Shown here: positions 16,321 through 24,603 of the stretch, one piece after another
How the letters are laid out: each line of letters opens with the position of its first letter
Position numbering within the stretch: position 1 is the stretch's first letter
Source of the DNA: a virus
Direction: 5' to 3' (one strand)
Virus record (IMG/VR): IMGVR_UViG_2693429897_000002
Length of the DNA stretch: 64,000 nt
Made by a program: the position numbers and the translations under genes
The notes under the pieces: model-generated
What the model was told of the DNA's origin: nothing
Seen by the model: only the letters and a program-made list of their open reading frames with translations
The model's database searches: none

Positions 16321-17025
16321 ATGGTCAGAGAGACTGCCCCATCCTTCCGGCTGATCGCCTACGAGCGGGTCTCGACCGCCCGGCAGGGGGCGAGCGGGCT
16401 TGGTCTGGAGGCACAGCGGCAGACGATTGACGGCTTTGCCCAATCGCGCGGGGCTGACCTGATCGGACGGTTCACCGAGGTGGAAAGCGGCAAGAACCCC
16501 GACCGGCCGGAACTCGGCAAGGCGATTCAACTGGCGCGCTTGACCGGCGCGACGCTGGTCATCGCCAAGCTCGACCGGCTCTCGCGCAACGCGGCCTTCC
16601 TGCTGACGTTGCGCGACAGTGGCGTGAAGTTCGTGGCCGTCGATATGCCGGAGGCGAATGACCTGACCGTCGGCATCATGGCGCTGGTAGCGCAGCAGGA
16701 GCGCGAGGCGATCTCGCGGCGCACCAAGGAGGCGTTGGCCGTGGCCAAGGCACGTGGGGTGAAACTGGGAAACCCGAATGGGGCTGCGGCGCTCCGGCGG
16801 GCGGGGAAGGGTGCGGCACCACTCCGGGCAGCGATAGCGTTGAATGCGGATCGGCATGCGGAAAGCCTCGCACCGGTTCTGGCGGACATCCGGGCGCAGG
16901 GCCACACGACATTGCGGTCGATTGCAGAGGCACTGAACGACCGAGGAATGCTCACCCGGCGCGGGGGACAGTGGCATGTGTCGAATGTGCGCAATCTGAT
17001 CGGGCGTCTGACAGGTGCGCGCTAA
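16315..17025 (+). CDS. Serine recombinase (resolvase/invertase family)
   Basis: LIAYERVST, SGLGLEAQ, LVIAKLDRLSRN and EREAISRRTK; C-terminal IAEALNDRG..TRRGGQW DNA-binding domain. Confidence 0.92.
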   Translation: MYMVRETAPSFRLIAYERVSTARQGASGLGLEAQRQTIDGFAQSRGADLIGRFTEVESGKNPDRPELGKAIQLARLTGATLVIAKLDRLSRNAAFLLTLRDSGVKFVAVDMPEANDLTVGIMALVAQQEREAISRRTKEALAVAKARGVKLGNPNGAAALRRAGKGAAPLRAAIALNADRHAESLAPVLADIRAQGHTTLRSIAEALNDRGMLTRRGGQWHVSNVRNLIGRLTGAR

Positions 17026-17217
17026 ATGAGCTCGTTCCCGCAGCCAGGCTTCACGATGTCAAAGAGCAGTAGAGACGAAAGTACCTGCTCCGATGCTACC
17101 GACCGAACGGTCTCGATGTCCAAGCCGGAAATGGGCACAATTGTGCACCCTCGGCCGGGGTTGGAGTAACAACACATTGTCGTCGCAACGAAACGGTGAT
17201 GGCTTGCCATTATCGAC

Positions 17218-17682
17218 CCCAACTCGACCCGCAGCCAGAACTTCCCGAGGTCGGGCGAGAGCCTGGATGCCGCTGCGCTGGTCTGGTCCAAGGCACCAGT
17301 CATCGTGGGAGCCCACGACACCGGCCCGCTTATCCGCTCAAAGGACGGGTTCTGGCTGGCGATTCCGCTGCCCGCCGCGGGCAAATCCCTGCGCGGCGGT
17401 CGGATCAAGCCCGGCGAATGGGAACGGCGACGCGGTCTGCGCCTGCGCTTCGTCTATCGCCGGACGGGTCCAAGCCTGCTTGTGGCGGAGGGACGGCTGA
17501 ATACCAAGGGTCAGGCCGTGGTGTCCCGCTCGAAGACCGGACGCGGAAAGGTCACCGCGCCGATCTTCCTGCTGGTGGCGCAGGTGAAACTGCCGAAGCG
17601 GCTGGACCTGGCGCGGGACGCCGAGCGGGCGCATGAGGCCGTGCCGGGGCTGATCGTGGCGAACTGGGTGGAGGGGCGGTGA
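17218..17682 (+). pseudogene. 5'-truncated DUF6441-family tail gene
   Basis: NSTRSQNFP...VWSKAPVIVGAHDTGPLIRSKDGFWLAIPLP...VPGLIVANW matches the C-terminal part of 60319-60948; homology starts abruptly near 17220. Confidence 0.85.
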
Positions 17683-17685
17683 TCC

Positions 17686-18060
17686 TCAATGCCGCGCCGC
17701 AGCCGTGTCCCTTCCACGGCGCCGACGACTGGGTGTTTCGGTGTCGCCCAAGCCTTCCAGTGCAACCGGTGCCTTGCCGGGGAACTCCACCATGAGCTTC
17801 AGCGAGCCACCCATCGCGCGGACATAGCTGGTCAGCGTCGAGAGCAGCAGGTCGCTCTGGCGTTCGTATTTGGCGACCGTGGCCTGCTGTATGCCGAGCG
17901 TCTCGGCCAGTTGCACCTGCGTCAGCGCCTTGGCTTTGCGCAGTTCCTGAAGCGTCAGATATTCGGTGTGCAGCCGCGCAGCCTCGGCCTCGATCCCGGC
18001 ACGACGGGCGGGATCGAGGGTCGCCAGCTTGTCCTGAAGAGTACGTGCCATCGCCGTCAT
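17686..18060 (-). CDS. HigA-like XRE-family HTH antitoxin
   Basis: LQELRKAKALTQVQLAETLGIQQATVAKYERQSDLLLSTLTSYVRAMGG; coupled to the upstream toxin. Confidence 0.88.
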   Translation of the reverse strand: MTAMARTLQDKLATLDPARRAGIEAEAARLHTEYLTLQELRKAKALTQVQLAETLGIQQATVAKYERQSDLLLSTLTSYVRAMGGSLKLMVEFPGKAPVALEGLGDTETPSRRRRGRDTAAARH

Positions 18061-18410
18061 CCTTTCCGTGTCCCGAGGTGGCGGTCGAACCTTTCGTCGG
18101 CCCGTGCGATCAGCAGCTTGTAGAAGCGCTTCTCGCTGCCACCCGATTTGTCCCCGCCGACGAGCAGGATTGCCTGCCGGTCGGGATCGAATGCGAAGGC
18201 GATGCGCCAGACGCCTCCGGCGGCGGTACAGCGCAATTCCTTCATGTTCGCATGCTTCGACCCGGTCAGGGTGTCCGCATGCGGTCGCCCGAGCGAAGGC
18301 CCCTCGCGTTCGAGGAGCAGCACCCGAGCGAGGATTGCGTCCTGAACCTCGGCATCGAGTTCGTCGAACTCCGGCTCGAACTCGTCGGCGAAGGAAACGG
18401 CCCAGGGCAT
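18057..18410 (-). CDS. RelE/ParE-superfamily (HigB-like, Gp49-type) toxin
   Basis: EGPSLGRPHADTLTGSKHANMKELR...WRIAFAFDPDRQAILLVGGDKSG; toxin-first gene order. Confidence 0.88.
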   Translation of the reverse strand: MPWAVSFADEFEPEFDELDAEVQDAILARVLLLEREGPSLGRPHADTLTGSKHANMKELRCTAAGGVWRIAFAFDPDRQAILLVGGDKSGGSEKRFYKLLIARADERFDRHLGTRKG

Positions 18411-18430
18411 TCGGTCCTCATGTCTTGGAA

Positions 18431-18461
18431 GCTATATAGCCTTGAAGCACTAATTTTGCAA
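18431..18461 (-). promoter_or_regulatory. TA promoter with palindromic operator
   Basis: -35 TTGCAA (18461-18456) N17 -10-like TATATA (18438-18433), embedded in the perfect palindrome GCTATATAGC (18431-18440). Confidence 0.55.
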
Positions 18462-18623
18462 TAACGACTCTCAGAGTGCTCGTAAATGCCAACCATCCGA
18501 GAAACCATCCTCACCGCGCTGCACACGCTGCTGCAGACGCTGCTTGCCACCGCCCTGCGCGGCGAGGTGCTGCCCGAGCGTGTGCCTGCTGCGGGCCTGC
18601 TGATCCTGCGCGACGGGGAACCC

Positions 18624-20055
18624 GGGAATGTCCCGCTTGATGTTGAAAAGCGCGGCGGGCGACGCTGCGTGGTTCATGGTTAGGCGGCCTCTGCGATCGG
18701 GTCAACGGCGGTCATGGGATCTTTTTGGCGGTGCTTCTCAAGCGCAGCCTTGAGGATGGGCAGCTGCTTATGGGCCTTGAGGCGGCGAAACCCCTTGGCG
18801 GCTTCGAGCATGCCGGCGGCGGTCCAACGCAGGCCCATCTTTGCGTTCCGCCACCGCTTCACGTTGCGGCAGACCTGGCGGATCACGCTGTTCATCGACT
18901 CGATGATATTGGTGCTGGCGAGCGATCGGCGCAGCTCAGGCGGCAGCCCGAGGCGGGTGACGGTCAGGATCTCGTCCAGCCCCTCGAGGAGGCTCTTGGA
19001 CACCCCTGGTGCCTCGACTTCGAGCCGGCGGGCCAGATTGCGCACAAGTCGCTCGGCCTTCTCGGCATCGGCCATCTCCCAGGCCTGCCGCAGGGCCCGC
19101 CGGACGGCGGCGTGATGCTTGCGATCGAGGCGCTCCGTCACGTTTCTCGCCTTGTGAACCTGGCATCTCTGGATCGGGATGTCGGCTCCGAAGGTCCGCC
19201 GGATGGCCTTGGTCAGCGCCTTGGCGCCGTCGACGATGAAGAGGCGGCAGACCGCGGGATCGAGGCCGCGCTCGATCAGGTTGTCCAGGAGCGCCTGCAC
19301 CGTCGTGGCGTTCTCGGTGGCCCCCTCCACGACGCCGAGCGGATGCTTGTTACCCTCGGCATCGACCCCAACCGCGCCGATCATCAGCAGGCTGTCGTCG
19401 AGGTGCAGCCCGTCGATCTGGATCACCAGAAGATCATGCTGTGACAGGTCGGTCGCCATCCACTCGGCCAGCCGCGCCTCCGTCAGTGCCTTGAACCGCC
19501 GCGAGACCGCCGACTTCGACAGCCCGGATCCCGCCGCTGCCGACACCCCGGCCTCCGGCAGGCGCACCGCACGACCGAACTTCCGCGTCGAGACATTGAT
19601 CAGCATCAGGTTCATCGCCCATTGCCCCAGCAAGCCGGCTGAGGCGGCCTCTTGCCAGCTCCTTGCCGGTCGTCTTCGAGCGCACCCGGGGGCGCTCGAC
19701 CGCGACCTTGCCGCCATGGAACCCGACCCGTCCCGTCGTGCGACCCCAGCGATAGCCCGGCTTCCCGGCATCGCGGGCGTGCGCTTCGCCCGCCAACTCC
19801 CGGGCGTCCTCTTCCAGCATCTGCGTCAGGCTCGATAGTCCCGCAACCAGGCAGAACTGCTCGAAGCTCGCGCCGACCGCCTCCCAGGCCTCTTCAACCG
19901 CGGCAGTCATCTCGGTCCTGCTGGCCAGCGCCAGCGCCGATGTGGTAGCTCTCTTCATGGTGTTGCTTCCTCTTGGATTTGACACCCCGAGCCTACGGCT
20001 CGAGGGAAGCAACGCCACCCCTCACTCCAAGTTCAACATCAGACGGGACATCCCC
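18624..20055 (-). mobile_element. IS256-family element (1432 bp)
   Basis: 24-bp TIRs GGGAATGTCCCGCTTGATGTTGAA / GGGGATGTCCCGTCTGATGTTGAA; 9-bp target duplication GGGGAACCC at 18615-18623 and 20056-20064. Confidence 0.93.
18680..19958 (-). pseudogene. IS256-family transposase, frameshifted near 19660
   Basis: N-terminal frame MKRAT...GFHGGKVAVERPRVRSKTTGKEL continues in another frame SWQEAA...IQIDG...IVDGAKAL...QRCQVHK...STNIIESMNS. Confidence 0.85.
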
Positions 20056-20359
20056 GGGGAACCCGGCGATCCGGAGGTAACGCTCTCGCCCCTGCGCTAC
20101 CACTACCAACACCGGGCCGAGATCGAGGCGGTCGCGCGGGGCGTGGATCGTGACGCCGCCTTCGACACGCTCAGCGCCAGCATCGGCGCGGCCATCGCAG
20201 CGGATCGAACGCTGGGCGGGTTCTGCGACTGGGTCGAGGCCGAAGCGCCGCGCCCGGTCGATCTGCCGGTCGAGGGCGCGGCCAGCCTGAAGGCGGCCGT
20301 CATTTCGGTAGTGCTGCACTACTCCACGGCCGATCCGCTCGGCTGACTGGCCCGGAGTC

Positions 20360-20731
20360 TCATGCTTCGCTCGTTTTCTTGCAGGAACAGGCCGCGTTGA
20401 CCTCGGCGCCGCTCTCGATCGTGAGGGTCTGGTAAAGGATTTCGCCGGAGGCCTTGGCGCCGGCGTGCAGCTTGACATCGCCGCCGAATATCTTGCCCTC
20501 GAAGCACCCTTTGACAGCAACGCTGGCGGCGTGGATTTCGCCGCTGGCGGATCCGCTGTCTTCGATCACAACCGCGTCCGCGGACATCTTTCCGTCGAAC
20601 TGACCGCGCAGTTCCATCAGGCCCGGTGCGGACAGATCGCCGGAGAGTTTTGCGCCGGCGGCGAAATGCGATTGCCCCCCGCTGGCGCTGGCTGAGGATT
20701 GCTGACCCGGCGTGTCAGGGGGCTGTGACAT
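20360..20731 (-). CDS. Bactofilin (polymer-forming cytoskeletal protein)
   Basis: SHFAAGAKLSGDLSAPGLMELRGQFDGKMSADAVVIEDSGSASGEIHAASVAVKGCFEGKI...GEILYQTLTIESGA beta-helix pattern; start may be slightly upstream. Confidence 0.85.
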   Translation of the reverse strand: MSQPPDTPGQQSSASASGGQSHFAAGAKLSGDLSAPGLMELRGQFDGKMSADAVVIEDSGSASGEIHAASVAVKGCFEGKIFGGDVKLHAGAKASGEILYQTLTIESGAEVNAACSCKKTSEA

Positions 20732-20854
20732 GGTAGCGGATCCATTCGGCTGAAGTTCGGAATTTGCCGACAAAGACGGCATCGGCATCGCGCATGAGAT
20801 TAGACGGCCGTCAGCCGCGGAAGATAGCCCAAAAACAAGTTCAAGGAGACCCCC

Positions 20855-21340
20855 ATGGCACGTGCGCAAGGCGCGCGGGCGCAGATGGCGCTTGCGTTCG
20901 AGACGACTTATGGAACGCCGCCCGCGGGCGGCTTCACCAAGATGCCCTTCGCCAGCACCTCGCTGGGCGCCGAGCAGCCGCTGCTGAACTCGGAACTGCT
21001 GGGCTATGGCCGCGATCCGCTGGCCCCGATCAAGGACGCGGTGACGGCCGACGGCGATGTGGTGGTGCCGCTGGATGTCGAGGGTTTCGGGTTCTGGCTG
21101 AAGGCGGCCTTCGGCAATCCAGCAACCACCGGCATCGGCCCCTGGACCCACGAGTTTCAATCGGGGGCGTGGACGCTGCCGAGCCTGTCCATCGAGACCG
21201 GCATGCCGGAGGTGCCGCGCTTTGCGATGTATTCCGGCTGCGTGCTGGATCAGCTCAGCTGGCAGGTGCAGCGCTCGGGGTTGCTGACCGCGACGGCACG
21301 CCTGGTGGCGCAGGGCGAGACGGTGGGAACGACGACGAAC
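20855..21340 (+). pseudogene. Phage tail tube protein, 3'-truncated
   Basis: MARAQGARAQMALAFETTYGTPP...AQGETVGTTT matches the first ~160 aa of 62082-63020, then switches to IS66 sequence. Confidence 0.88.
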
Positions 21341-21475
21341 GGAGCCGTTCGCCTATCTCAAGGCGACACTCGAAGCCATCGCGACCGGGCATCCGCAAAG
21401 CCGGATCGATGAGTTGCTGCCCTGGAACTTCAAGCTGTCAAGCTGAACCCGACGTGCCGTCCAGCTTACGCTTAC
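21341..21475 (+). mobile_element. IS66-family right-end remnant
   Basis: EPFAYLKATLEAIATGHPQSRIDELLPWNF* (TnpC C-terminus) followed by a terminal ...CGCTTAC. Confidence 0.8.
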
Positions 21476-21559
21476 GCTTCAACTCACTAATTCTCATTAG
21501 GTATGGCTCCGGGGAAGACAGAGGTCCGGAAAAGAGCGTCACATAATCAGGGGAGAAAA

Positions 21560-21790
21560 AACATGGCACGCATCACACCGTAAAGGATCGATCAGATCCG
21601 GGTCAGAGAAAGCAGCATTTGTGCAGGAGCCACCGAGCTCGGTCTGTTGATATGCCTCTGGTCCGCGCATCGCCATACCGGCCCGCGGTCACATCAGCGC
21701 CGCACACCGAGGCCTGATACATGACCGCACCTGATCACACGCTCGCGCCGTTCAAAAATCACTTGCACCAATGGGGGCATCCATACATGC
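21560..21790 (+). mobile_element. Orphan 3' non-coding end of an IS1111-group (IS110 family) element
   Basis: CCCGCGGTC...GAGGCCTGATACATGACCGCACC...AAAAATCACTTGC...GGGGGCATCCATACATG matches the recalled IS1111 right-end architecture; no transposase present. Confidence 0.5.
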
Positions 21791-21815
21791 ACAAATCCCA
21801 TGAGGGATTCATCTC

Positions 21816-21885
21816 GTGGCCGAATGCGTCGGAACAGGTGGCCGGATGTGATCGGAATGGGTGGCCGGATGTTCCGGAATACGCA
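21816..21885 (-). mobile_element. IS21-family terminal remnant
   Basis: Minus strand TGCGTATTCCGGAACATCCGGCCAC with three near-copies of TTCCG..CA..CGGCCAC at 22-23 bp spacing. Confidence 0.6.
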
Positions 21886-21913
21886 CATACGCTACAGGGA
21901 AAGGATCGAAAGA

Positions 21914-22765
21914 ATGTTTGATACATACTTCATAAACTTGGATCGCGTGCCAAGACGCGCAGAGTTTATGACCCTCCAATGCCGGTCGGCCGGCATCACG
22001 CATCCTATCCGCTTCTCCGCTGTAGATGCCAAGGAGGCCGCACACGATACCTTCACTCGCTACGGGCCGCACGACCCGAACGCGCCCTATTGGGAGATGA
22101 CCCCGACCGAGATTGCCTGCACAGAGAGCCACCGCGCCATTTGGGAAGCCGTCGCGCAGACAGGCAGACCCAGCGTCGTCCTGGAAGACGATGTACTCCT
22201 GTCCACGACTGCGGCAGATGTGATCGCTGGCTTGGCGAACCACGCGGCCAGCTTCCATCTGGTCAAGCTCGACGCGCTCTCGTTCGTGGTGCGGCTGGGA
22301 CCCGCCGTGTCGCTCGGCCAGCAGAGGCTGCATCCTCTGACGCACCCGGTTCCGAGTGCGGCGGCCTATCTGCTCTCGCCGGCGGGGGCTGCAATTCTGC
22401 TCTCACGCAGCCAGAGCTATTGCGATCACCTCGACGACTTCATCACCCGCCCGGCGCCCGGCTATCGCGCCTTCCAGCTCTGGCCTGCGATTGCGGTTCA
22501 GGGGATGTTCGCCGCACTCTCCGGTGAGGCGGACATTCCGTCCGATGTGGCCGGCAGCGAACGGACGACTTCCGAGCAAGGCACGGTCCCCCGACCGGCA
22601 CGCGGTCCCGCGCTCTACCGCCTGCGCAAGGACGCGATCCGAACGGGCCGGAAGCTGGCGCGGCGGCTGTGGCGCGACCGGTCCCTCCGCGCCGCGGGCG
22701 GGACAGTGGGCGTCGTTCCGCTGGCGGAGGACCTGCCCCCCTACCGCTCCGGCCCCGGCGGCTGA
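21914..22765 (+). CDS. Glycosyltransferase family 25
   Basis: TYFINLDRVPRR, RFSAVDA, EIACTESH and VLEDD motifs; start MFDTY at 21914. Confidence 0.88.
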   Translation: MFDTYFINLDRVPRRAEFMTLQCRSAGITHPIRFSAVDAKEAAHDTFTRYGPHDPNAPYWEMTPTEIACTESHRAIWEAVAQTGRPSVVLEDDVLLSTTAADVIAGLANHAASFHLVKLDALSFVVRLGPAVSLGQQRLHPLTHPVPSAAAYLLSPAGAAILLSRSQSYCDHLDDFITRPAPGYRAFQLWPAIAVQGMFAALSGEADIPSDVAGSERTTSEQGTVPRPARGPALYRLRKDAIRTGRKLARRLWRDRSLRAAGGTVGVVPLAEDLPPYRSGPGG

Positions 22766-22784
22766 CCCTCCGGCGGCCGCAGAA

Positions 22785-23555
22785 TCATGCCTTGCGGCGC
22801 AGGAAGCCGTCGTGGGCGACGGTGATCAGAAGCTTCTGGGCAATGCTCTTATCGATCTCGAATTCCGGATGGTCGCGCAGGTAGGCGTGCAGCGCAGTCT
22901 TGGGGTTGTCGCCCAACCCCCAAGGGCGGTCGGTATAGGCATCCGCCGGCATGTCCTCGATCAGCGTGTCGAAGACGACGCAATAGCTTCCGGGCGTGAC
23001 CACCGGCGCATAGGCCTCCAGTTCGGCAAGCACGTGGGCGTGGGTGTGCATCGAATCGAGGCAGACCAGCACCCGCTGTTTCCCCTCGGCGGCGGTCTGG
23101 ACCTGCGCGATCACCTCGGGGGCGATGCTCGACCCCTCGATCATGTCGATGCGAGAGGCCATCGGATGGGCCTCGATGGCGGCGCGGTTGTGGGCGCGGA
23201 TGTCGATGTCGATGCCCAGCACGCGGCGGTCCGACTTGGCGGGGTCCATCGTGGTGCCCGCCTCGATCGCCTCGGCCATGTCGAGAAGCGCCAGCATCGA
23301 GGCCGAGAAGATGAGCGAACCACCATGGGCGATGCCGGTCTCGACGATCAGGTCGGGGCGGATCTGCCAGATCAGTTCCTGCATGGCCACGATGTCCTGC
23401 GGGTACTGGATGATCGGCCGGCCGAGCCAGTGGAAATTGTAGGAATACTGCGGCCCGGTCGAGGCACGCAGGAAGGCAAGTGCCGCGTCGTTCAGCGGCC
23501 GGTCGGCGGCGATTGCGGCGATACGGCCGGGGATCTCGTCCTTGAAGTCAGTCAT
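22785..23555 (-). CDS. CmcI / rhamnosyl O-methyltransferase family protein
   Basis: YSYNFHWLGRPIIQYPQD, PDLIVETGIAHGGS, LDSMHTHAHV and YCVVFDT. Confidence 0.9.
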   Translation of the reverse strand: MTDFKDEIPGRIAAIAADRPLNDAALAFLRASTGPQYSYNFHWLGRPIIQYPQDIVAMQELIWQIRPDLIVETGIAHGGSLIFSASMLALLDMAEAIEAGTTMDPAKSDRRVLGIDIDIRAHNRAAIEAHPMASRIDMIEGSSIAPEVIAQVQTAAEGKQRVLVCLDSMHTHAHVLAELEAYAPVVTPGSYCVVFDTLIEDMPADAYTDRPWGLGDNPKTALHAYLRDHPEFEIDKSIAQKLLITVAHDGFLRRKA

Positions 23556-24603
23556 GTTCGATTCCGATGCAGGTGAATTTGTCGCCTGCCCGGTCGCGGA
23601 TCTCGGGCAGGTAGTTGCTGTTCATGACCACGATGCGCGCGCCCTCGGGCAGGCGCTGCAGCACCGCCTCGGGCGCCTCGACCATCAGGCCGGTGGCGGC
23701 GAGGAAACGGCCCTGCTTGGCCGGGTTGATGTCGATGACGGCGCTGACGGGATGGCCGGCCTGGGCGCGCAGGAGCGAATAGATCACCCCCTTCGACGCG
23801 CCGCCCCAGATCACCGAAGGGCCTTCGGCGGCGGTGTCGGCGGCGAGCGTCGCGGTGAAATCGTCCGGCAGGCGCGCGGGATCGGTTGCGTCGCGCACCG
23901 GACGGCGCAGGCTGGCGAGATCGGCCACGACATAGAGGTATTGCCCGCCGAAGACGCGGCCCTTGTCGATGATCCGCCCGAACATCCGGTCGCAATCACC
24001 GAGGCGGAAGTAGTTGACGTGTTCGTAGAAGATGTCGAACCAGGCGCGGTGGGCGGCGATCCAGTCGAAGCAGGGCACCTCGATGTAGATCAGCCCGCCG
24101 CCGCCGTTCGCCCGCGCCAGCCCCTGCAGGAAGGCGACCGGGTCGGGGATGTGTTCCAGCACGTGGCGCAGGATCAGGCCGCGCGCGGCGAGGCCCGCGG
24201 CCTCGTCGAAATAGACCTTGCGGATGGCCGGGTTGTCGCCCTCGTAGGTCGGCTCGAAGCCGGTGATGCGGGCGCCCCGCGCGGCGAGCATCTCGAGGAA
24301 ATAGCCCTTGCCGCAGCCGACCTCGACGAGGTCGTCGAAGCCCATGCCCGCCTCGACGATCCCGGCGACGCGCGAGAGGTGGTCGCGGAACGCCGCGTTG
24401 TGGCCCTGCTCGTTCTGGTACTGCGCGTCGTAGACTACCTTCCAGGGCTCGAAGGCGGCATTGTGGACCAGGCCGGTTTCCCCGTCCTCGACCAGGCGCA
24501 TATCACCGCGCGGCGCGGCACGGGCGGCCTCGGCGCTGTCATACATGCGGTTCTGGAACACCGGCAGGCCGGTCTGGGTGTAAAGCACAGTCTCGCCGCT
24601 CAT
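23548..24603 (-). CDS. Class I SAM-dependent methyltransferase (sugar C-methyltransferase-like)
   Basis: LVEVGCGKG, RHVLEHIPDP, FYEHVNYF and WGGASKG; start MSGETVL at 24603. Confidence 0.85.
   Translation of the reverse strand: MSGETVLYTQTGLPVFQNRMYDSAEAARAAPRGDMRLVEDGETGLVHNAAFEPWKVVYDAQYQNEQGHNAAFRDHLSRVAGIVEAGMGFDDLVEVGCGKGYFLEMLAARGARITGFEPTYEGDNPAIRKVYFDEAAGLAARGLILRHVLEHIPDPVAFLQGLARANGGGGLIYIEVPCFDWIAAHRAWFDIFYEHVNYFRLGDCDRMFGRIIDKGRVFGGQYLYVVADLASLRRPVRDATDPARLPDDFTATLAADTAAEGPSVIWGGASKGVIYSLLRAQAGHPVSAVIDINPAKQGRFLAATGLMVEAPEAVLQRLPEGARIVVMNSNYLPEIRDRAGDKFTCIGIEHD

Larger units (their letters stand above)
5535..17025. mobile_element. Integrative phage-satellite-like (PICI-like) element or heavily reduced prophage; boundaries uncertain and may include the CRISPR-Cas9 locus to the left
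   Basis: LSR integrase cassette, primase-helicase, Xis-like HTH, ParB-methyltransferase, two small terminase-like genes and a resolvase; no large terminase, portal or capsid. Confidence 0.6.
18486..20346 (+). pseudogene. Phage tail terminator-like gene interrupted by IS256
   Basis: MPTIRETIL...LILRDGEP [IS] GEPGDPEVTLSPLRYHYQHRAEIE...LHYSTADPLG; intact homolog at 61638-62057. Confidence 0.9.
17218..21340 (+). mobile_element. Relic prophage tail block related to the prophage at the right (60.5-62.6 kb)
   Basis: 5'-truncated DUF6441 gene, IS-interrupted tail terminator and 3'-truncated tail tube gene, in the same order as 60319-63020. Confidence 0.8.

Noticed and set aside
17030-17215. Possible transposon end (TGTCGTCGCAACGAAACGG) at the junction between the resolvase and the relic tail block
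   Set aside because: No partner inverted repeat, target duplication or transposase found; cannot be supported
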